From: Kiritimatiellia bacterium
Lineage (GTDB): Bacteria; Verrucomicrobiota; Kiritimatiellia; JAAZAB01
Reading direction: 5' to 3'
NCBI GenBank assembly: GCA_040767085.1
Contig: JAXGPF010000014.1
Coordinates: 83,434-147,433, forward strand
DNA: 64,000 nucleotides
Shown here: positions 57,839 to 64,000 of the stretch, piece by piece
How the letters are laid out: each line of letters begins with the position of its first letter
Numbering within the stretch: the stretch's first letter is position 1
Made by a program: the position numbers and the translations under genes
The notes under the pieces: model-generated
What the model was told of the DNA's origin: nothing
Seen by the model: only the letters and a program-made list of their open reading frames with translations
Database searches by the model: none

Positions 57839-59038
57839 TCAGGTGGACGCCAGGTCCGGCGGCAACATGTCCTTGAGTTCCACCCACGCGCCGCCGGGCA
57901 CGCGGTAGGCGGCGCAGCCGATCAATTCCGCCAGAAACGCCTGCTCCACCGTGGTGAAGGGTTGGGCGGCGCCATCCATCACGTCGCAAAAATGCCGCAC
58001 GACGGCGGGCGCGCCGTTATAATGAATCCGCTTGCCATAATCGAACCGGAATTCCTGGATGCGTCCCCGCGCTTCATGATAACGCGGCGTCAAGACAATG
58101 CGGCCGTCCACCGGCCCGTCCACCTGGGTGAAAATGATCCGCAGGCTGGCCTCCGTGCCGATCACCTGGTACTCCCGGCTGGTCAGGCCGCGGGTAAAAA
58201 AGCAATGCGAATAGACGCCGTAAGCGTTCTGATCCATCTGGATGGTGCAGGTTTCGTTGTCCGGCACGTCCACCGCCCTGGCGAAAACGCAGAGATCGTC
58301 CGTCGAGGCCACATCGCGCAACCCGCCGCGGCTGGAAGCGCCCCGGGCGCTGTATTCCGGGCAAGTCAAACGTTCCGCGCATTCGCAGCAGCGCAGGGTG
58401 TCGGGCTTGTCGCCCCCGTAGGCCTGCTGGAAACTCAGGGCCGAGACGCGCAGCGGCCGGCGGTCCATCAGGAACAGCATGACATCCAGGTCGTGCGTCG
58501 CTTTCTCGATCAACTGGCCGCCGCCAGTCTGCATGTTGCGCCGGAAATTATGGAACATGCCGCCGCCGATGGTCTGGGTGAAGTTTGCCGAGCAGACGCG
58601 CCCCAGCGCCCCGTTGGCAATCAATTCCCGCGCCTGGCGCACGATCGGGGCATAGCGCATCACATGATGCACCATGATCGGCGCCGGGTAGCGCCGCGCG
58701 AACCGCAACACTTCGCAAATCTTTTCGAACGTCGAATCGAGCGGCTTCTCCAACAGCAACGGGATGGCGGACGCGCCCAGGTCGCGCAGATTGTCCAGGT
58801 GGCAATGGTTGGGCGAAGCGATGATCAGGCCGTCCGGCCGTTCCCTGGCCAGCATGGCCTTGACCGAGTCGTAACGCGCCGGCTGGCAGCCGGTCCACTC
58901 GCAGCCTTCCGCATAGCGCGTGTCATCCGGCTCCACTACCGCCTGCAGCCGGACGCAGCCGCGGCTTAACTCGGCAAAGTCCTTGCCATGCCGTTTGCCC
59001 ATTTCTCCGAACCCAACGATTGCGATTTTTCTGGTCAT
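57839..59038 (-). CDS. Gfo/Idh/MocA-family oxidoreductase
   Basis: IAIVGFGEMG, IIASPNHCH, LLEKPL, GGQLIEKATHDLD, plus a Cys-rich insert (CCECAERLTC). Confidence 0.93.
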   Translation of the reverse strand: MTRKIAIVGFGEMGKRHGKDFAELSRGCVRLQAVVEPDDTRYAEGCEWTGCQPARYDSVKAMLARERPDGLIIASPNHCHLDNLRDLGASAIPLLLEKPLDSTFEKICEVLRFARRYPAPIMVHHVMRYAPIVRQARELIANGALGRVCSANFTQTIGGGMFHNFRRNMQTGGGQLIEKATHDLDVMLFLMDRRPLRVSALSFQQAYGGDKPDTLRCCECAERLTCPEYSARGASSRGGLRDVASTDDLCVFARAVDVPDNETCTIQMDQNAYGVYSHCFFTRGLTSREYQVIGTEASLRIIFTQVDGPVDGRIVLTPRYHEARGRIQEFRFDYGKRIHYNGAPAVVRHFCDVMDGAAQPFTTVEQAFLAELIGCAAYRVPGGAWVELKDMLPPDLAST

Positions 59039-59096
59039 TTTCCCTCAATGCCGCGGGCCCGGCGCCCGGGCCGGTCCTGGCCCAATTGGTTGATTA

Positions 59097-59149
59097 TTGT
59101 GCAACATTGCACAAACCGGAAAATCTAGCACAGCCGCCGCCCAAGTCAA
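59097..59149 (-). promoter_or_regulatory. Promoter with LacI-type palindromic operator upstream of the oxidoreductase
   Basis: TTGTGCAA-CA-TTGCACAA (59097-59114); extended -10 TGc-TAGATT (59122-59127); -35 TTGACT (59144-59149). Confidence 0.65.
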
Positions 59150-59166
59150 GGATTTGTTGGGGCAGA

Positions 59167-59489
59167 CGATGCTTGACACGGCTGCGTCATTCTTACGGCT
59201 CACCAGGGACGGTTCGCCCCACCTTGCATGCCGGGTGTTCGGCCGGTAGGGCGAACCCTCCGGGTGAGCCGGGCTGTTTCTGTGTGTGGCCGCTCCACGT
59301 TGCACTTAATCGCAGATGCGCCCGATGCTTGACACGGCTGCGTCATTCTTACGGCTCACCAGGGACGGTTCGCCCCACCTCAGGCAGCTATGGCCAAAAT
59401 GGTAGGGCGATGTCTCAGGCCGAGCCCGCCATGAGCCCTGCCGAATGGCCGTCTTTTCCGAGAATGACACAGCCGTAAGATGCTTGACA
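59167..59489. repeat. REP cluster with a perfect 58-bp direct repeat (period 156)
   Basis: 59167-59224 is identical to 59323-59380; inverted GTAG-type REP GGTAGGGCGAACCCTCCGGGTGAGCCG at 59245-59271; partial copies at 59401-59489. Confidence 0.88.
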
Positions 59490-59517
59490 ATCGGCAACGG
59501 CGGCTTATGTTATTTGC

Positions 59518-60159
59518 ATGTCGGCTGTCTCCCAAACCGCAATCGCGCAATTCGTCCGCGCCTGCCGCACGGCGGGCCGGCGCGGCCTGGTGCGGGCCAG
59601 CAGCGGCAACCTGTCCCTGCGGATTCCCGGCGGACGCATGCTGGTCACCGCTTCGCGCAGTTGGCTGGGCAACCTGACGCCCGCCGACGTGGCGGTCTGC
59701 CGCATCGCCGACGGCGCGCGGCTGGCGGGCAAAAAAGCATCCGTCGAGACGGGATTCCACGCGGGCATACTCCGGGCGCGGCCGGACGTGAACGTAGTGC
59801 TGCATTTTCAGGCGCCCTGCGCCACAACGCTGGCCTGCCGGCGGCGGGGCGCGGTCAATTTTTTTGTGATCCCCGAAATCCCGTTTTACATTGGGCCGGT
59901 GGCCACGGTTCCCTACCTGCCGCCCGGCTCGGACGAACTGGCCCGGGCGGTGATCGCGGCCATGCGCCGCCATGACCTGGTCCTGCTCGCCAATCACGGC
60001 CAGGTGACGGTTGCGCGCGACCTGGATCATGCCATCCAGAACGCCGAGTTTTTCGAACTGGCCTGCGAGATCATTCTCCGCGGCGGCAAACAAGTCCGGC
60101 CGCTGCCCGCAAAGGCGGCACAGGCGCTGCGGGCGGCCCGCCGCGCGGCCGGCTGCTAG
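59518..60159 (+). CDS. Class II aldolase/adducin family protein
   Basis: SSGNLSLR, ASVETGFHAGILRARPDVNVVLHFQ, VPYLPPGS, LLANHGQVTV. Confidence 0.93.
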   Translation: MSAVSQTAIAQFVRACRTAGRRGLVRASSGNLSLRIPGGRMLVTASRSWLGNLTPADVAVCRIADGARLAGKKASVETGFHAGILRARPDVNVVLHFQAPCATTLACRRRGAVNFFVIPEIPFYIGPVATVPYLPPGSDELARAVIAAMRRHDLVLLANHGQVTVARDLDHAIQNAEFFELACEIILRGGKQVRPLPAKAAQALRAARRAAGC

Positions 60160-60326
60160 GACCGGGGAAAGATTCTCTCACGAAGCCGCAAAGGCACCAA
60201 GACGGCTGCAAACCCACCCGAATGATTGATGGGCAATGATAGACCTGCCTGCGTGACTTTGTGAAAGAAAACTAGATGTTTTCGCGCCGCGAAAATAAGG
60301 TTCGCCATCGGCGAACAGCCTCTTCC

Positions 60327-60383
60327 TGGAGCCGGGACGCCCCCGTCCCGGTCTGCGGCCGGGGTGAGGGCACCCCGGCTCCA
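60327..60383. repeat. Inverted REP-like pair between convergent genes
   Basis: TGGAGCCGGGACG..CGTCCCGG followed by GCCGGGGTG..CACCCCGGCTCCA. Confidence 0.65.
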
Positions 60384-60428
60384 AGGGAAACGTTTGTACA
60401 ATTTCAGGTTAGATTTTTGCGCAAGAGA

Positions 60429-63400
60429 CTAATCGAACAAGCGCCTGCCAATGACCAAATGCGCGCTGGCATGCGGGGCCAAGGCCAGGCCGAGGCGCAA
60501 ATAATCGGCATGCTTTTCCACCAGGCTCCAGGCGCAATCACACTGGACATCGGCCGGATTCAGACCCGGCCGCCGGATGGTCAGCACCGGCCGGATCGCC
60601 GCCGCGGGCGCCGGATGGGCGTCTTCCATGACGATGACATTGATCCGCCCCTGCCGGTCGTAGAAGGCGATCACCTTGCCCGCGGTGGTCTCCGCCGCCG
60701 GGCGCCCGGTCCAGCGCAGCGCCAACGCCATGGCGCGGTTCATCAGGCAACTGCGGCTTTCCTTGCCATAAGAGACCAGGGTTTTCAAATCCAGGCGCTT
60801 GACCATGGTGGGCGGAATCGTGAAGAACGCCGTCCGGCCCCACTTGGTCTGCCGGCATACCAGCGCGGCCGCCAGTTTTTTACCGCCGGCATCCAAACCG
60901 TCAATTATCGCCGCGGCCGTTGCGGCATCGTAAGCCGCCCGACAATTGGGCGTTTCGCAGGTTTCGATCCCATCGGGCAAGCCGCGCCATTCGCCGCCGC
61001 GGCCGGCCGCCGGCCGCACGGCATGCAGTTGGCGCGGTTGCGCGAGACGCCGGACGCCGAACAGGTCGGCCAACCCGCCGGCTTCTTCAAACCCCACCAG
61101 GGCGACGCCGCGTTCGTGCAGGCGCCGGACAGCCGCCTGGACATCCGCGGAGACGCCGGTCAGCGGCGGCAACACCAGGGTATGGAGATCGGCCGGATCG
61201 AGTTTATCAACCGCCGCCAAATCCGCCACGAACCCGGCCTGCTGGCCGTCCAGACGCGCCTGTTCGTAGGCGAATGCCGGATTTTCCTCGGCCGTGTTGA
61301 CGACATCGTGATACTCAAGCTTCAACTCAAAGTCGGGATTGATCCGGGTTTCGGTGAAAATATCCGGATGCGCCAGGCAGGCCTCCCGGCTGACGGCAAA
61401 AGCCGCCGTCCGCAGCGGTTTGGCCGGCGGGTGTTTTTTGATCACGCGCCAGGAGCGGAGCATCTCGTTGTAATGCTCGCTGTTCCACGCCATGGCCTGA
61501 AAGCCGGCGTCATCCCAGTAATGGAATCCGCGCGCATCGAACCACGCCGCGGCGAAGGCGTATTCAAAGAACGTTTTGCGGAAGAAGGCCGGCGGCGTGT
61601 GCGAATGGGCATAGGGCGGGATGCCGTAAACCGGCCGCAAATCGCTGGCGCAGCCGTTCACGCCGTAAACTTCCGGATACTGCTTCAGGGCGGGCGCCTC
61701 CAGTTTCAGTGCTATGAGCATAAACACGGCGCGCTGGAGCGGGTAACCGCACATGTAGGGATAATCCTCCAGCAGCATCGGGCCGTTGTAAAACCGCTCC
61801 AGCCGGTTGCGCGGATCGCGGCCGGTATACCGCGCGAAATACGCGCCCTTGTAAGCCGAACCGTAGGGCGGGTAAATGCTGTAATTCACCCATTCCGCCC
61901 GGGGATTGACCGCGCGCAGGCGCGCATGCATGGCCGGTATATGCGCGGTAATCATCCATTGATTGAAAAATTCCACCCAGGCTTTCCAATGCCGGGTCAG
62001 CAATTCGCGATACATCGCGATGCTTAATTTGCCGTCTTTTTCAATGGCCGCCGCGTCCAGGCAAGTGCCCGCCGCATCCATTTGAAAGGCCGGACTTCTC
62101 AAAAATTTCAGCAACGCCTCCAAAACCACCTGGTCGTAACCGCCGTGCCACAAATCATGCCGCTGGTTCCAATAGATGCGGTCGGCATGCGGCAGGACAT
62201 CGGCATTCTCTTCCGGAGCCTTTTTCGGCGTCATGCGGCTGTGGAGTTCCACCACCCACTTGCGCCGGTAAAGATGCACGAGGTCCCAAATCCGGTCGCG
62301 CCGGGCGGGTAGAATCTGGTGACAGCTATTCGCCAGGTAATGGGCGGCATCCACCCCCCGCCCCACCCACGGATCGAAGGCGCCGGTTTCCGTGGCATAA
62401 TCCGGTATGTCCGGGATCAAGTCCGGCAGACCGGAGGCCAGCGGCGGGCATTTTTCCGCCGGATCGTCGGACATCACCTCGAACGCGCGGCGGGTCTCGA
62501 TCAGGATGTCCGCGCCGCGCCGCAATTCCGCGCGGATATGATACACGCCCACTTTTAAACCAGAAAATTTCAGCGGCGCGGATGTCAGGGTTTTAACCCC
62601 CATGCGCGCGTGCAGCTTTGCGGCTAATCGGGCGTCAGCGCCCGCGGCGGCCGGGAATGGCGCGGACAGTCCAAGGTTGCGCCGCTCGTTCAGCGGCGTT
62701 TGGAAGGCATCCTCCAAAGTCACCTGGAGCGACAAATCCTGATCGCGCAAGGCGGGTTGCCGATGCCGTAATCGCAGCGTAAAGGCGACGGGCTCGGACT
62801 CGAAGAAAAAGTGGTTGTTCTGCGCAAACGCCCGCGCCTGCTTCCGGCGTTTTTCGGTCCTGGAAATCATGCCGGCGATTCGCTTGTCCGCCGGCGACAG
62901 GATTTCCAGCACGGCCGCGCCGGGCGCCAGGGCCGGCCCGGAATAAATGACGGCGCCGGTCTTGGGGCTGACCAGCATTTCCGACGGTCCGCCGGCCAGC
63001 GCCAGGCGGTCTTCCGCCTCGTAATGTTCATACCCCAGCGCCAGCCAGGCGTCCGCCGGCAAGGTTTTCAACCGCAACTCGCGGCGCTCCGGACCCTCCG
63101 CATCGCACGGCAGATCGCCCGATGACCGCGGATTCCAATGTTCCTTGAGACCCAGGGCGCCCAGGTGCAGATAGTGCGGCGCCGCCGGGTCGCCGGATTC
63201 CACCCGCACATACGGACGGGTTAAGCGCGAGTTGCCGCGCAAGTCCCGGAAATCGCAGACCGACGGCGGCCGCCGCATCGGCCCGCCCTCAAGCGTCACC
63301 TCCAATTGCGCGCGCCGCGGACTGCGCCGGGCGCTGACGCGGAACCGCCAGGGATCGGTAATGCCGTTCAAATCGGCCGGTAACTCAAAGACGCGCGCCG

Positions 63401-64000
63401 GCCAGATTTTCCCGGAGGGTTCCGGCGCGGCAGACAGAATTTGAACCCGCGGGATATCCATCACGTAAAATTGCGGCATATAAGAGCGGTCCAGCGCCAT
63501 CAAGCCCGGCTGGTCAAACGTTTGCGCCCGATCGGCAAACTGCGCCACGCATTGATCCTGGTGATACAGCTTGAATTTGCCGTCGCCAATGTCCAAACAC
63601 AACCGGCAATCCTCCGCCACCGGCGCCCGCCGGCCGTCCGGGGCATGTTGCCGGCGATCCAATGTGGTAAAATCCCCGTTGCGGTAGATTCCGAACGCCG
63701 TTTGCATGCCGTGTTCGCCCCAATCATGGCTGATGCAATAGCCGGTCCGCTCCCGGGGATCGTAGCGGAAAAAAATCCGCAAGGCGCACCGGGCGCTGTA
63801 AAAATCGCTGCGCACGGTCAGTAACAGGCGGCCCGTGCGCAACGGCGGGATCAAGGGCAGGTGCAGATTCCCGGGGAACAGTATCCGCAGGGCGCCGGCG
63901 CGAATCTCCGACAGATCGTGAAACAGGTCGGCATGGCGCTCGATCTCCCAGCCGTGCGGCGCGGCGCCGTCGGGCTGCGCGCGGAAATCATCATTAAATA
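60429..64000 (-). CDS. Large uncharacterised protein, putative glycoside hydrolase (paralog 3 of 3; start just outside the window)
   Basis: The frame stays open from 63854 to the window end (FNDDFRAQPDGAAPHGWEIERH, matching the paralog N-termini); YPPYGSAYKGAYFARY.GRD, QYPEVYG, NTAEENPAFAYEQARLDGQQAGF. Confidence 0.85.
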   Translation of the reverse strand, partial: FNDDFRAQPDGAAPHGWEIERHADLFHDLSEIRAGALRILFPGNLHLPLIPPLRTGRLLLTVRSDFYSARCALRIFFRYDPRERTGYCISHDWGEHGMQTAFGIYRNGDFTTLDRRQHAPDGRRAPVAEDCRLCLDIGDGKFKLYHQDQCVAQFADRAQTFDQPGLMALDRSYMPQFYVMDIPRVQILSAAPEPSGKIWPARVFELPADLNGITDPWRFRVSARRSPRRAQLEVTLEGGPMRRPPSVCDFRDLRGNSRLTRPYVRVESGDPAAPHYLHLGALGLKEHWNPRSSGDLPCDAEGPERRELRLKTLPADAWLALGYEHYEAEDRLALAGGPSEMLVSPKTGAVIYSGPALAPGAAVLEILSPADKRIAGMISRTEKRRKQARAFAQNNHFFFESEPVAFTLRLRHRQPALRDQDLSLQVTLEDAFQTPLNERRNLGLSAPFPAAAGADARLAAKLHARMGVKTLTSAPLKFSGLKVGVYHIRAELRRGADILIETRRAFEVMSDDPAEKCPPLASGLPDLIPDIPDYATETGAFDPWVGRGVDAAHYLANSCHQILPARRDRIWDLVHLYRRKWVVELHSRMTPKKAPEENADVLPHADRIYWNQRHDLWHGGYDQVVLEALLKFLRSPAFQMDAAGTCLDAAAIEKDGKLSIAMYRELLTRHWKAWVEFFNQWMITAHIPAMHARLRAVNPRAEWVNYSIYPPYGSAYKGAYFARYTGRDPRNRLERFYNGPMLLEDYPYMCGYPLQRAVFMLIALKLEAPALKQYPEVYGVNGCASDLRPVYGIPPYAHSHTPPAFFRKTFFEYAFAAAWFDARGFHYWDDAGFQAMAWNSEHYNEMLRSWRVIKKHPPAKPLRTAAFAVSREACLAHPDIFTETRINPDFELKLEYHDVVNTAEENPAFAYEQARLDGQQAGFVADLAAVDKLDPADLHTLVLPPLTGVSADVQAAVRRLHERGVALVGFEEAGGLADLFGVRRLAQPRQLHAVRPAAGRGGEWRGLPDGIETCETPNCRAAYDAATAAAIIDGLDAGGKKLAAALVCRQTKWGRTAFFTIPPTMVKRLDLKTLVSYGKESRSCLMNRAMALALRWTGRPAAETTAGKVIAFYDRQGRINVIVMEDAHPAPAAAIRPVLTIRRPGLNPADVQCDCAWSLVEKHADYLRLGLALAPHASAHLVIGRRLFD

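Noticed and set aside
59167-59380. CRISPR mini-array
   Set aside because: Only two 58-bp repeats, too long for CRISPR; the spacer contains an inverted copy of the repeat; no cas genes. Fits REP/BIME.
7126-64000. Diversity-generating retroelement or recent duplication explaining the three paralogs
   Set aside because: No reverse transcriptase and no near-identical nucleotide repeat; similarity is at the protein level only.

Overview
A 64-kb bacterial window, most consistent with a Kiritimatiellae/Lentisphaerae-like PVC organism (inferred from protein types, not proven). Bases 1-33.3 kb form one co-oriented (+) glycan-utilisation region: very large uncharacterised glycoside-hydrolase-like proteins with CBM9-like domains, beta-helix/choice-of-anchor-Q surface proteins, an AraC regulator, Gfo/Idh/MocA oxidoreductases, a GH3 hexosaminidase, two neutral-ceramidase-like amidohydrolases and an EEP hydrolase. 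Two of these genes are cleanly split by two different ISL3 elements; both have 8-bp target duplications and both genes can be rebuilt in frame. Next is a sigma54-controlled RND efflux operon with a divergent GAF-AAA+ activator, separated by an IS1202-family element with a 16-bp target duplication. Then come gpsA, plsY, gdhA, a kdgK-like kinase, a two-gene IS (DUF6788-like protein plus an unclassified DDE-like transposase) with a ~550-bp structured non-coding left end, more sugar-catabolic enzymes and several REP-like repeat clusters. The main leads are three paralogous ~1200-aa proteins of a family I cannot assign, the putative IS-encoded ncRNA, and a shared C-terminal sorting-like motif. No rRNA, tRNA, CRISPR array or reverse transcriptase was seen. 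All family calls come from motif recognition by eye; no searches were run.
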